DNA of 64,000 nt from Callorhinchus milii (taxonomy: Eukaryota). The stretch is from positions 31,560,001-31,624,000 of the forward strand of contig NW_024704742.1 in NCBI RefSeq assembly GCF_018977255.1, written 5' to 3'. Of this stretch, positions 1 through 43,139 are shown piece after piece. Positions within the stretch are counted from its first letter, which is position 1, and each line of letters opens with the position of its first letter. The position numbers and the translations under genes were made by a program. The notes beneath the pieces were generated by a model that saw nothing but the letters and a program-made list of their open reading frames with translations, did no database searches and was not told the DNA's origin.

Positions 1-1192
1 CAAGATCATGCCATCCTACTCCCCCGCCTTTCCTCCGTCATCCACCTCAGTGGGACCGCACTCATCTACTCGAGTCCTACCTCACGAACCGCCAGCAGTA
101 CATCTGCACAAACGGCTTTTGCTACCGCTCTCACCGGTTACCTGTGGGGTACCCCAAGGATCCATCCTTAGCTCCATCCTTTTCCTAATCTACATGCTCC
201 CTCTTGGGGATGTCATCCACAGACATGGGGTACACTTCCACATGTATGCGGACGACACTCAACTCTATTTTTCCACCTCACTTTGCGACCCCCAGTCCCT
301 GATGATCTGTCAGCCTGCTGTCAGACATCAAGAGCTGGATGAGCATGAATTTCCTTCAGCTAAATGTTGACAAGACGGAAGCCATACTCTGGCTCTCGTC
401 AGCATCTAAAATCGCATGGTTCTCACCTCCTCCACCTACCCGACCTCCCGCTAAAACTCTCCGAACCCGTACACAACCTGGGTGTCAGGTTTGACCTCCT
501 TCCTCTCCCACATCCGATCCCTCACCAGCACCGCTTTCTTCCACCTCCGACGCATCGCCCATCTCCGCCAGTATCTCACTCCAAAAGCCACTGAAACCCT
601 GGTCCATGCCTTGTCACTTCTCGTCTGGACTATTCTAACGCCCTCCTCGCCGGTCTCCCCTCCACTACCATTCATAAAATCCAGATCATCCAGAACTCTG
701 CCGTCCGCATTCTCACCCGCACCAAACTCCGCTCCCCGATCACCCCGGTCCTTGCCAGACTGCACTGGCTGCCTGTCCCAGAGAGGATCGATTTCAAGAT
801 CCTCACTCTTGTCTTCAAATTCCTCACTCTTGTCTTAAAATTCCTCCACTCCTCTGCATCCCCTAACTCTCTGACCTCTCTCCTCACAACAGTGCCCGGT
901 GCCTTCACTCCACCGGATCTGGCCTCCTCTTTGTCCCCCGAATCCTCCGCTCCACCATCAGCGGCCGTGCCTTCAGCCACTATGCCCTGAAGCTCTGAAA
1001 CTCCTTTCCTCACTCCCTTCGCCTTGCCCCCTCTCTTCCTATTTTCAGATCTCGGCTGAAGGCCTGTCTTTTCGACCGCGCCTTTGGTCACCTTCTTCCC
1101 CCTCCCCCTGGCTCGGCCCCAGGATCCGTTACTGTGAAGCGCTCTGAGATGACATCCGGCGTGGAGGGCGTATATAAATCCAAGTTGTTGTT
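1..1192 (+). mobile_element. L2-clade LINE, 3' part (degenerate RT C-terminus, 3' tail), runs off window start
   Basis: ORF 8..370 contains [28 protein letters not shown]. Frameshifted continuations give FFHLRRIAHLRQYL..ETLVHA and LHWLPV. Ends in tgtgaagcgctctgag..tatataaatccaa(gtt)n. Confidence 0.9.
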
Positions 1193-1329
1193 TGATTCCT
1201 GGATAGGGCAATACGTTGGGCAAGTTTCCTTACTCCACTCTCCTCTGTTTACCTAGCAGTAAGTAGAAACTTGGCTGTTAGTTGTTTGGCAGATGACTCC
1301 TGGGATAATAACCCCTCAAAAAAAATAAC

Positions 1330-1760
1330 AACTTTTCACTTCTTTCTCCCTATCCCCTAATACTTTTACCCGTTGGGTGCTTATCCAGTTCCCTTGAATG
1401 ACTTAATCCAGCTTCACTACCCGCTTCAAATAATGAATTCCGTGCCCAAACATCCTTCTGAGTGAAGAAATTCCCATATTTTTTCTCTGCCAATAATCTT
1501 AATTTGTCACTGATTCTCCAACTAAATTTTTTTTACTGTGTCATGCATATTCAGTATCATATTCTCTCTCAATCTTTTCTGCTTCAGTGGAAACGACCCC
1601 ATTTCAGCCAGCCTCCTTTCGTATGTATTAGGTCTCGTAACTGATATTTTTTTTGAACCTGTGCCACACCCTCTCCATTTCTCATATAATGTGAATCCCA
1701 AAACAGAATACAATACTTTTTAACTGAGGCCTAATCAATGTCCTAAACAATTCTTAAATA
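1330..1760 (-). mobile_element. CR1-like LINE fragment (degenerate)
   Basis: Resembles the other minus-strand CR1 3' fragments in the window (e.g. 53075-53630, 60140-60780). Boundaries approximate. Confidence 0.5.
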
Positions 1761-1989
1761 GTTTGTTTATGTATTATTTTCCCTTTCTCCCCAAATCCAT
1801 GTATTCCCAAACCTTGCTTTGATTTTTTAATATATATGTCAAATAATTTCAAATGTTCTCGTTTTGTGCCAGATTTGAGCCATGTTTCTTTTGAAGTATC
1901 GATAATTTTTCCTTTGAATTATTTTTAACAAGGTAATTATGACCTAAGTGTAAAAAAAAATTCTTGCACTTTAAACCTGAGCATTTCTT

Positions 1990-2290
1990 TTTTACAAGAG
2001 CACATGGCCCATCCAGTCTGTGCCAGTGTTCATACTCCACATAAGTCTTCACCCATTCCTTACTCCCTGCCATACCATTCTATTCCCCTCTCCCTCATGT
2101 GAAGGTATAGATTCCTCTTGAATGTATCTACACTCTCTGATTCAACCACCACTCCAGGCAGTGAGTTCCACAATCTCACTACCCTCAGCGTGAAGTAATT
2201 CCTCCTAAATGATGTTTTAGATCCCCTAATCACTATCTTATATTTTGCCCCGTGGGCATGGACTTTCCAACCAGTGGAAACAGCCTATGT
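1990..2290 (-). mobile_element. CR1-like LINE 3' fragment
   Basis: Clearly homologous to 60140-60440 (tctacactctctgattcaaccacc..caggca..gttccacaatctca). Confidence 0.6.
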
Positions 2291-2494
2291 TTACATAGTC
2301 AATACTTGCACTTGATAACGTGTCTTTCTTGTTGGGAGGATGAATTGTGTGCTTCACATGTCTTTCCATATTGTTTTTAATCCTGGTTCTTGTGTTACCT
2401 GTGTAAAACCTTATTATGATTCTTAATTCTATTTCATAATATTTTCAGGAGAGAAGTAATACATGTTTATTAAACCTGTATTATATTGTTACAG

Positions 2495-2549
2495 ATGGCT
2501 AGGTACTCGGCATTGATAGTTGGTGTCATCTATGGGAAGCAGAGATATG
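2495..2549 (+). CDS. ATP5ME: ATP5ME exon 2 (MARYSALIVGVIYGKQRY)
   Basis: acag|ATGGCT...GATATG|gtaag, 55 nt. Confidence 0.9.
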
Positions 2550-3813
2550 GTAAGAATCAGATCTCCACTAGTGGGTCTGAGCCCAGCTTTGCCTTCAATG
2601 GAGACCTATTTTTATGTGCAGAGCAAGTTGCTGCCCTTTTTTAATTTCTTATTTTTTTCTTTCCCTTCTTCATGGTGCACAATGGATTTTTTCTTCTGCT
2701 ATGCATGATCCCACAGTGCCAGTCACTCTCCTTGCCCAATGTTCATGTTTGAGTATGAAGAGTGGTCAGGAATACAGATATACCTATAATTTACAGCATG
2801 GAAACAGGCCACTCGATCTAACTAATCTGGTGTTTATACTCCAACATGAGTCTCTGCCCACTCTACTCCCTCCCATACACTTCTATTCCCATCTTCCTCA
2901 TATATTTTCATCTTCCTCAAAGATAAAAATTCTTCATCTATATTGTTTGATTGAACCACCTCTTCAGGCAGCATGTCGCATATTCTCACTACCCTCTGTG
3001 TGAAGTAGTTTCTCCTAAATTCTCTTTTAGATCTCCTAGTGCTATCTTACATGGAACAGCAACTCTAGTTGTTTTTCCCCACCTAAAATCTCAAGACAAT
3101 TTTCAATTTTGTTGCTGCCATATTGCTGGTTAACTGCCTAAGTCAGAACAAACTAGAGGTGGAACATGGGACCTTCCTGATCTGCATAGCTCAGCTATTC
3201 ACTGCTGGTCTTTCCTGGTCCTTGTAGATGGCACTACTTGAAATCAAGGGAGGTATTGTTTTCAGGAAAACAGTAGGTTCTGTCCTATTCTAGTTCTGTT
3301 TGGCCGCCTATTTCGGTCTCCAGCTATTTAGAGAAATACTAATAGATTGTGTTTCATAACATTTTAATGTCTGATGATCTTGAGCAGTTGCATTTGTTAG
3401 GAGAACATTTGGTAGTCAATTGAAACTGAGGTTCCCAGTAACATAGAAATTGGTAGATTGTTAGGAGGTTTTAACTTGTTTTCTTATGACTAAGGTTACC
3501 TGAAGCCTATTGCAGAGGAGGAGAGGAGAATTGAGGCTGAAGAGAAACAGAAGCGAGAGGAACTTGAACGTGTAGCAAAGCTGTTGCGAGAAGGTATATA
3601 ATACAATGTAGTACACTGTTGAAACTCCAGCATTACTGTACTTTGAATGGTTTACCTGTATATTTCTGGAACTGTTAGATAAAATGGTATGATTGGTTAA
3701 TAATTGATTTCAAATTAGGAATTATAATCTGTGTAGGCATTCTATGTACAAAACAATTTTGCTAAAATTTGTGACTTCTCATTTCAGCCAATGAAGATAC
3801 CATTTTGAAATGA
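2495..3813 (+). CDS. ATP5ME: ATP synthase membrane subunit e, exons 2-4 (2495-2549, 3495-3593, 3788-3813); exon 1 lies upstream of the window
   Basis: Spliced translation MARYSALIVGVIYGKQRYGYLKPIAEEERRIEAEEKQKREELERVAKLLREANEDTILK* matches subunit e (human ..GRYSALFLGVAYGATRYNYLKPRAEEERRIAAEEK..DDSILK). AG/GT sites and phases are consistent. Tail-to-tail with PDE6B as in human. Confidence 0.93.
3495..3593 (+). CDS. ATP5ME: ATP5ME exon 3 (YLKPIAEEERRIEAEEK...)
   Basis: taag|GTTACC...GAGAAG|gtata, 99 nt. Confidence 0.92.
3788..3813 (+). CDS. ATP5ME: ATP5ME last coding exon (NEDTILK*)
   Basis: tttcag|CCAAT...AAATGA. Confidence 0.88.
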
Positions 3814-3946
3814 TTACCCTTTAAATCACTTTGGACGAAGAAGAAGCACACTGCCCTCTCCATTTACTAGCATGGAATTTTCGTCATGTTTTGGCAGTTT
3901 TCTTGTGGCCCTCTCTACCCATCTCATAATATAATATAAAGCAGAA

Positions 3947-3952
3947 AATAAA
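3947..3952 (+). terminator. Candidate ATP5ME polyadenylation signal
   Basis: AATAAA about 135 nt after the stop, followed by T/GT-rich sequence; an alternative lies at 4243-4248. Confidence 0.55.
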
Positions 3953-4974
3953 TTTTAACTGAACACTTTGGTGGTCTTTGATTTAAATTTACTTTTTACC
4001 TCTGTCAAACCCAACTTGGGGAATATATTATACTACAATTTATCAGATTACTTTAAGGTAGCAAAAGGTATTGTCTGGAGTTTCAAGATCAACTGATCAG
4101 AGTAACTGAAGTCATCTAAGTGTGACATCTGTTGAGTCTGCAGAAATTAGTGATGTTGTGATAAAGAAATCTAGACTTTATTCTGTAAGTTTTGCCTCTC
4201 GAATATGGTTCAGATCCATATTCTGGGCTGTAAATGTTTATGAATAAAATTGAGAAACTTACCCGTCATTAGTATCTTTTGGTATTTGATAATTCACATG
4301 TGTTGGCAAGAGCTAATTGATCATTACATATAATCACAAGTAGTGTATGAAGTTAAATATTATTGTGATACTTTGAAGGCAGAAATCACTAAAACGTGAA
4401 TGTTTCTGGTTACCCCTGAGTCCTAACTGGTGAAAGCTGGAATTGTCGAAGAATAGGCATGAAAGTGTGTGAGACACCATGTTCAGCATAGCATGAAATC
4501 TATAGCTAAAATACAATAGGAACTATGTAATATAAGCATCTATATAATAGGTCCTTTCTACTATGTCAAAATAAATATGCAAAAAGCAAACATCAATTTG
4601 AACTTATTTTTGTTTTGTGTTTAAACCTATCTTGGTGAATGTATTGTATCTACTGTATATCAATTGCACTTAAGTTAACAAAATTTAACAAAATAGTCAT
4701 TTACAGATGTCTTTGGAAAAAATTCAGGTGAATTACATAATGTACCAATCACAGTTTAATTGTTTTATAGCAGCTACGGTTTTATAGCAGCTATGGGTTT
4801 TAGTAAGGAGACCTTATTTGAAAAATGGAAAATGGTAAAGCAAGTTCATGCTTGCTGATTTTACATAGTAGATCTAAAATACCTCTTATTGACATTAGAC
4901 CACTGAAATTGCACATGCTGTGCCATTTACGGTGGTTTGTATACAGTATCATGCTCTTGAGTAAGCGAAGTTGT

Positions 4975-5165
4975 ACAGTACTCTCCCTCAATCCCTCTGC
5001 CTTGCCGCCTCTTTTCCCATTTTCAGATCACACCTGAAGACTTACCTCTTTGATCGTGTTTACTGTCGCCTTCCCCTGGCTCAGTGTCAGACTCCACCAT
5101 TGTTAAGCACTCAGAGATGCTTCCTCATGTGAAGGGCACTATATAAATGCAAGTAATAGTTGCTG
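4975..5165 (+). mobile_element. L2 3' end fragment
   Basis: ctgaagacttacctctttgatc..aagcactcagagatgc..gggcactatataaatgcaag, matching the 3' end of the element at 1-1192. Confidence 0.7.
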
Positions 5166-7629
5166 TACAGTGGGACTCAGCAAATATTGTACTGTAGTTC
5201 AGATCATAGGCCAGTAATGCGTGATTAATTATGGTGAACAATTTTCAGTTCTAATGATTTACCAGCTTAATTGTCACAAAGAAATAGAGATCCAACTTGA
5301 TTACTATGGATTCTGTTAATATAACTGGTGAATAATTGAAGTAAAGAAACAATTGTAATTGAGCTTCGTCCAATAACTAAGGACCATTAAAGTTATTTTA
5401 ACCACACAAAAAAAACCTGGGTATTTTTTGGAATCTTTTGTGACAAAATGGGAGAAAATTGAGGGGAAAAAAAATTGATGCACAAACCCTCTAACTTTAC
5501 AATATCAGTAAACATCTGTCACTGATTTATATTTTCTGGCTATGTTAAAAGTAAGTAGAGAACACCACAAAGTACAACAGCTTTCTCAAATTGCTATCAA
5601 CAAATTTAAGTGATTCTGGTGCAAAGGAACATATTTGGGTGCCAAGAGTGTGCCCTGAAACATGTACGCATTGTGCTGAGATTATCTGTGCACTTTCAGG
5701 GACCAGAGGTCATTTGCAAGTGTGCAATTTAAATGTCAAAATCAGCTGGACTGTGATACCCAGGAACCAAAAAAAGTAAATATTTTTGAGAAAATCAATT
5801 TTTACCATTGACTTTCACCACAAAAAAAAGATTTTAAAGATCCCTTTCTATGATATCTTCAATGTCCACAAAGTGATTTCTTCAAGGCATGTAAGACTAC
5901 CAGGTCCACCAGCACCACAGATCACCATGAGAAACTCCTGTGAAGCACTTGGTTTATCAAATGCAACAATTTGTAACTGCAATGTCTGTCTTTTACTTCT
6001 TTAGCACATCTTTTATTACCAGAGCAAGATTATTTGTTGTACCCTTTGCAAAGTGAGCATTACCAGATGAGTGATAAGTATCATAATCTCATATTTATAG
6101 ATAAATCCCTTGAATTAGGTCAAGGAGTTTTATACTGCTGCGCGATTGTTCTGGGTTAAATTTAACCAACTAGACACAGCTATTCAAGTAAGGAAGATCA
6201 AATAGATCAAACCATTAAGTGCATCATGAAGAAATTTACAATGTGCAATTTTTTGGACAACATCTGCAATATAATAACATCAGAATGAGTTATCAGGTTT
6301 CCTAATCATAAAATAATGATCCTTGCATTTGGTATAGCGTATTTCACCTCAGGTTGACATCTCAAACCTTTTTGCAGGATTTTACTGTATTCATAGGTGC
6401 AACACGGGTCTAATTCACCAAAACAATTTACAGACTATCTGATATCTCTTCATGTTTTGACTTCTTAAAGTAGATTCTTGAATATACAAATGTTTTAAAA
6501 TGCAACTAATAAGCAGTCCCTTTATTACAATTCAATGTGCAAAAAATCATTTAAAGTTCTGACCGTGCACCATATTTTCTGAGTTAATTTGCAATGCTGC
6601 TTTTTTTGTTTGAACTGTCACAAGTTATGTGAGTAATTTGAGAAACGTAGCTCACAACCGATGTAACAAGTCATACATAATGTACAAAATATGAACGTCA
6701 CGCTAATATTCATAGCAGGATTCATCATTTGCTGAAACACTAGAAATTCAGTGTTATTGCTTTCGGTTGTAAATGTGCATTAAAGTGGTTTCCAGCGTTT
6801 GTTAACACGTGGAGCTGTTTATTTAGATTAGGCTAACATTCAATTGATACAAATTAACAAGTGTAGATGTTCTGTCCTATTTCCTTAATCCAGTTAAAAG
6901 CTGTGCTTTCCAGTTATCAATCAAATACCTACACACCACATTGCTGTTTTATTTGAGTGAAAATTGTTTTACTGTCTGCCTGTTCAGGTGGATGTTAAAA
7001 GATCCCATGATCCAATTCAAAAAAAGGGGCAAAACAAAACAGCATTCCTGCACATAAAAATTAATCATTCACTTCATATTGACTGTTTGGCTGAATACAG
7101 TTCAGGAAGAAAGTCGAACGATATGAAACAATTTTCAGGGGAATGGGTAAAAGGTAGGTAACTGGGATTCAATGGATTTCTCTTTCAAAGATCCATCATA
7201 GCCACTGCTGTATTTTGCCCACAAAATATACAGTCAATTCACTTTACAATATATCCTGTGAAGCACTTTAAGACTTCTCAAAGACGTGATAAGGCCCGAC
7301 ATCAAATGCAAGGATTATTATTGTAGACAAGATGGGCAGAATGGTCTCTGCTATAAATTTCTATGTTTTTTTCACTGATATAGAGTGTTCCTGAGTTTGC
7401 AGGATTATTTTCAGCAAGTTTGCACAAATCTAAACCAAAATACGAACACCACAGAGCAAATATAACATAATGCAATTTACACTTATGTAGTGACTTTCAT
7501 GTTGGACACTCAAATCAATATACTTTGTGGGAATAAGAGATAATAGCATTTGAGACCGCATCTATTCAACTAAAACAGTTTACAGGTAATTATTATCACA
7601 TGTAGTATCTGTTTCTGTAGACAAATACT

Positions 7630-8323
7630 GGCAGGGTGAAACCAAGTTTCCTTACTCTACACGTCTGATAATCTTCAAGAAAAAAAACAATAACAATTTG
7701 GTTACTCAATCCACAACTGTTTGTGGGACACTGCTGTGCACAATTGGCTGCCATGTTTCGCCCACAAATATACAGTCAATTCACTTTACAGTATATTCTG
7801 TGAAGCGCTTTGAGAGAACAACAACAAGATTCCATTTATAGAGCGTCTTTCATGTCAGGAGGACGTCCCAAGGCGCTGTACAGTTGGGTCAGGACCCGAG
7901 CTGGGGGGAAATGGTCAGGGTGAGGGGAGGGAAGGGAGGGAGCGAGGAGGGGGTAGAGAGTCGAGAGGGGAGCTGAAGGCACGGTCAAAGAGAAAGGTCT
8001 TGAGACCGGCCTTGAAGGAGGAAAGGGAGGAGGCGGCGAAGGCACTGGGGGATAGAGTTCCAGAGCCTCAGGGTTGAGAGGCTGAAGGCCCGACCACCGA
8101 TGGTAGGGCGGTTGGGGCGGGGGACGTGGAGCAGACCAGAGCCAGAGGAACGGAGGGTACGGGCAGGTAGGTAGGGGGATAGTAGGTCGGAGAGGTAGGA
8201 GGGAGCAAGGCCGTGAATGGCCTTATAGGTGAGGATGAGGATCTTGAATTAGAATTCCAGAGACGTCTAGAAGATGTGAAAAGCGCGATATCAAATGCAG
8301 GAGTTATTATTATTATTATTGTT
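7630..8323 (+). mobile_element. CORE-like tRNA SINE (short-deletion variant) split by an L2 insertion
   Basis: SINE body 7630-7815; the tail resumes at 8260 (gagacgtctagaag..atcaaatgcagga(tta)n). Confidence 0.75.
7816..8259 (-). mobile_element. L2 3' fragment nested in a SINE
   Basis: (aac)n tail at 7817; minus-strand reading gives FKILILTYKAIHGLAPSYLSDLL. Confidence 0.85.
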
Positions 8324-8324
8324 A

Positions 8325-8637
8325 TTTAGTTTGCACTGCCAGTGTTCCACAAACAGCCATAAAGTGGTGACTAATTGCAGAGGATTGTTGACCAGGAAAC
8401 TTGCCTCTGTTTTCAAATAGTGTCATATGAATTTTTATTATCCGACTGACTAGGCAAACGGGACCTTGATGCAAGGACCATTCCTCTTGACAATGTAATG
8501 GTCTTCCCCCATTAAACAAGAGTCAGCCTGGATTATGAACTCAAATCCAGAGTTGGGGTTAAGTCCAGAGGTGGGGCTTGAAGCTGCAACTTTCTGATGG
8601 ACAGGCGAGAGCGTTATTAAGTAAACCATGCTGACAT
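8325..8637 (-). mobile_element. Deu-domain tRNA SINE (degenerate)
   Basis: Reverse-complement similarity to 30548-30978. Confidence 0.6.
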
Positions 8638-11255
8638 GAATTACATCACCAATAAATCTAAATTAGTAATTGACCTTGATAAGCATTAATAAAATGCCAG
8701 GTGATTTGAGCAAACCGCTGAGTGTTTTCCACTCGGTAAGAAGATTTATCAAGCGATTAATCACCAGTCATTAACCAATCGAAAGCACTATTGCATATCT
8801 GTACAACAGTCAAAGTAATCCTTGTGAGTGGGACTGAATTAACTTGTAATGCGTGGTGTAGATCACCTTCAATAATCGCCCTCTTTTTTATGTTTGTAAG
8901 CAGGAGTTTAAGGCCAATCATGCACTCGGTTGTGTCAAATATGCAACGATTTCTAATTGGAAATCCTTAATAAGAAAACTGGAAGTCTGTAACCCTGAGC
9001 CACCAGAACAGCGCTCTGACAGAAACAACTGTCGGAACAGAGATCCTGCAGGTTAGCGTGACATGGGTAATGCACTTCTAGTTTCTAAAAGGAGACCCCA
9101 CTTGGATTAACTCACTAACACCCTATCACTTACCAATATCTTGAAACTGTGTGACAGAGTTGGAATTTCTACCCATTCTTATTGAGCAGCGATTTCTTCA
9201 GAGGAAATAAATCACTGTCAAATGAACACCTACAATATGCTTTACCCTGTTTTCTATGAACTTTGCAACAATCGTAGTTATTGCATAGACTGCTCAGTCA
9301 GAGGAACTTGAAAAAAAATCACAACAAATACACTCATGTAGCCCAAGCAGCATTTTTTTATACAGATTTTTTTAATTTTATTTTTAAAATTACGGTGTGA
9401 TTAGTGAAGAATACCTTCTGTTTTCAGTTTTCATTATCAGTAAAGTTGGGCATACAAAAGATCTTTGCACATTTTTCCCGGTGAAATATTTGCCGTATTG
9501 TTGCACGTTTTTGAAGATGGATCACAGCAGATATTTTCACTCCTGACCAGGAGTGTGAAACTATACTGATGGTCACTTGGAAAAGGTGTTTGCCTGTGGC
9601 ACAACCAATTAACGTTCTAAGACGTACCTTCAGTGTGAGAACAAATCTAGGAAATATAACTTGTTCTGATTAATCTTAAGAGTTATCACACATGTGATAA
9701 CTCAGGGCTCTGAAGCCATCTGCAATCAGGGGCTACGTATTGACAGTAAAAATATATTAAACATTTTTACAAAGATAAAATAGCGTTAATATGTGTCAAT
9801 GTAGTAATACCTAGTCTGGACAATCTGCCCATTGTGCAATTGCAGCCTGATCACCGCTTCCCAGCTATGCACTCGGCTATGCTCATGTGATACTCATCAA
9901 GAGTTAGTACAATATTTTATTATTTTATTCATTTGTGGAATTATTGCTCAGGGTTTTAAAAAGGGGTACACTCAGCTTTTTTAAAACATAAGCGTGTTCA
10001 AGTTAACAATGGAATCTGATTTACGGTTTGGGTTATCATTTGCAAACCCACATACACACAGAGACAAATACAGATGCAAATTTGTAATCCTTCATCTTGG
10101 ATGTTAATGACCAAAATAAAGGCACCTGGCTTTGTATGCACATGGTTAACCCAACCTTCAAATGTTCTACATGGGTTGCTAAACCAACCTGCAAATTAGA
10201 ACCCAAGATCTCCATTTCAATAACCAAGACAACGCAGTTTTTTGCACTTATGTAAAACTCGTGTTCTTTGTGATTCATTGTAAAATTTAAACAATAAAAT
10301 GGTTCTTACAGGGAGCCATTCACTCGACTGTGTGGAACTGCAAGTTAGCTATTTTATTCTGAAAACATCCAGTCAATTCACTTTACAGTATATCCTGTGA
10401 TGCGCTTTGAGACGTCTCGAAGACGTGATAAGGCGCTTTATCAAATGCAAGGATTATTATTAAGGTACTCTACTCAGGGGGGTGGTTTGTGAAGGTAGTA
10501 TCTAAAATGATTACAGTAGTAACTGCTGTCCTTAACACAGCAAACTCTGAACTCCTAAAGGTATTTCATGGGCCAAAACTGATAGTCAAAAAGAGCTGCA
10601 AGCCAATAACACAACTAAAGGGAATCGGGTGACAACACACACGCACTAAACACTACGACTGTATTCTGACTGAAACCTCCTCCCTATGTAATACATTTTA
10701 TAATATATACAATTTTGCATCAGTTATTGTATATATTACAAGCCAATATGACACAAGCGATTACTTTTTCTTAGCTCAGTGATCATTAAAAAGATGTTGG
10801 ATTTATTCAGGTCTATGTGTAGTGAAGGAGCTTGCTTCAATGTGCTTCAATGCTATTTTGCATCCCATTTTGGGGCTCAGGTTGAATTATGTTAAAACTG
10901 GGATGCAAACTCATTGATTGATTTTGAATGGAGCAAAATATATAATGGTGATGAGCTCTGAGGCAGAGCTCACCCTTTCAGTCCTGTGTAGAGGTTTTTA
11001 AATGTGCATACAACATCCAGTTAGTCATTCAAGAGATACACTTGCTGGATTGATGCGCTACATTTTACCAGCATACTCAGAATGTTTTCTACAAGTTCTT
11101 TTCTCCCCCCCCGACAATATTTTTTTGTAAAAGAGGAATTAAAGTGCAAGTAACAGCCAGACAACAGAATATCTGCTGAGATGAGTGTACCCCTTTAATA
11201 CAAGTCAGCATCGCTCTGTCCAGAATCTACCTTTCAAACACTATTCCACGTGAGG

Positions 11256-11261
11256 TTTATT
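11256..11261 (-). terminator. Candidate PDE6B polyadenylation signal
   Basis: AATAAA on the minus strand about 125 nt past the stop codon; another at 10802-10807. Confidence 0.5.
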
Positions 11262-11386
11262 GGTTACGATGTCATGGCATCCTCTTGATCCCTGCTGCCT
11301 GTTGCAGTCAGCGCTGCTGTACAGTTTGTGCAGTCTCTTATCATTCTAGAGCTGAAGAGGGCACAGCATCTCAGGACCACCAGATC

Positions 11387-41876
<30,490 letters not shown>

Positions 41877-42400
41877 CTTGGGTGGCTTCTGTCTGTTTGA
41901 TCTCCGCCGGCGCTGTTCAACTCAAAGGATGATGAATATGGTACACAAGGGTTCGTTATATTCAGCACCAGATCTAACTCATGGCACCTGCATTGTCGGT
42001 CGGTGCCTGTTCAAACCCAAAGACTAGACTCCTCTGCTCCAATTCCACTGTCATCAGCAAAGTATTTTCCTAATACTATTGAAGGTGAACTGTTATACAC
42101 GCAGATCTTCTCAAACAAACCTGATCAGGTGCCACGTGACATAGTTGACAGCCAATCCTAGCCGAATATTAATGCTATTTACTATATTTTTAAGGCTACG
42201 TGACTGTCTCTAGCACTATCAATTTCTTACCAGCCTTTATTTTGAGGCATTTGCTATAAAAATATTTCAAAGGTCTTGGTAGTGCATCCGTTAATATTCA
42301 TTAGAAGTTGAGATACACTTAAGACACTCAGTACATTCTTATTAAATGTGCTCCCCTTAGCTCTAATCTCCTATTACCAGAGATTATCTGATTACTTTTA
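41877..42400 (-). promoter_or_regulatory. Putative PDE6B 5'UTR and proximal promoter
   Basis: Repeat-free sequence upstream of the ATG. TATA-like TATAA near 41956-41960 (minus), MARE/NRL-type half site TTTGCTGATGAC (42050-42061, minus), CACGTG at 42133-42138, TAATC/GATTA motifs at 42363-42395. Motif inspection only. Confidence 0.45.
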
Positions 42401-43139
42401 CACCAGCAGGAAGCCTTGCGAGTTTGAAAGAAATCAAAACAAATATTGCACTGTTTATTTGCAGTGCTCATGAACGAACCCATTATTTTATAATGCATTC
42501 TCCTATAAACTCATATTCTCTGCACAGTCACTTTGATCTGCTTTTGTCAACGAGAAGGATATCATGAATTACTATGAAGTTAATGGGCCAATTTACCTGC
42601 AGAGTAGCAGGGACCAAGCATTGGGAAAGAGTTTAAATGTAAGCCAGATGCTCAAGTCTCCCACTTGGAGAAACCACATCAAATAAATTTCATTCCATTT
42701 CTTCTCAATGCTTTTCTTCACCCTGTAAAAGTGGAATTGTTCGACAAAATTAGTGGATAAAATCAAAACCTGCAAATTTACTTGCAGATTTTAACTGTAG
42801 ATTGTTGCTTCTTTCTGGAGTTAAAACTCATTCATTGTATTTGATTTAACTAAGATTAGAAGAAAGTTCAAGCAAGTCTTGCTTTTCTTCCTTAAGCCAT
42901 TCGGCCTTGTCTGTGTTATCAGCAAAGCTTAAAGAGTGCGAGAAGAATAAGATGACTGGCACTACTGGAATAGTTAGGATTGACGGCAGCAGGGTAAGGG
43001 ATGAAAATCGTTTCCATCTCTACTTAAATACATTACAAACCTGGAGGAGGGGAGAGATACTGGTTGCGTTAATAGAATTATTAGATGTTTACAGCACAGA
43101 AGTAGGCCATTTGGTCCATTCTGTACACATCCATGACCA

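Noticed and set aside
8..1223. Overlapping long ORFs as host genes or an active retroelement
   Set aside because: Frameshifted L2 RT remnants and their antisense frames.
4764..4800. 17-bp tandem duplication ttttatagcagcta(c/t)gg
   Set aside because: Simple local slippage with no sign of function.
8628..8636. TGCTGAC as an NRL site
   Set aside because: It lies in the 5' end of a Deu-SINE copy, so it is repeat-derived.
9415..9593. AG/GT-bounded minus-strand segment containing a small hairpin (cactcctg-ac-caggagtg) as a hidden exon
   Set aside because: Stops in all three frames and no recognisable protein.
10074..10199. 41-codon plus-strand ORF (MQICNPSSW...) before an AATAAA
   Set aside because: No recognisable homology; length expected by chance.
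10857..10910. Short inverted repeat tttgcatccca...tgggatgcaaa as a miRNA or terminator
   Set aside because: Stem too short for a pre-miRNA; more likely part of a decayed palindromic repeat.
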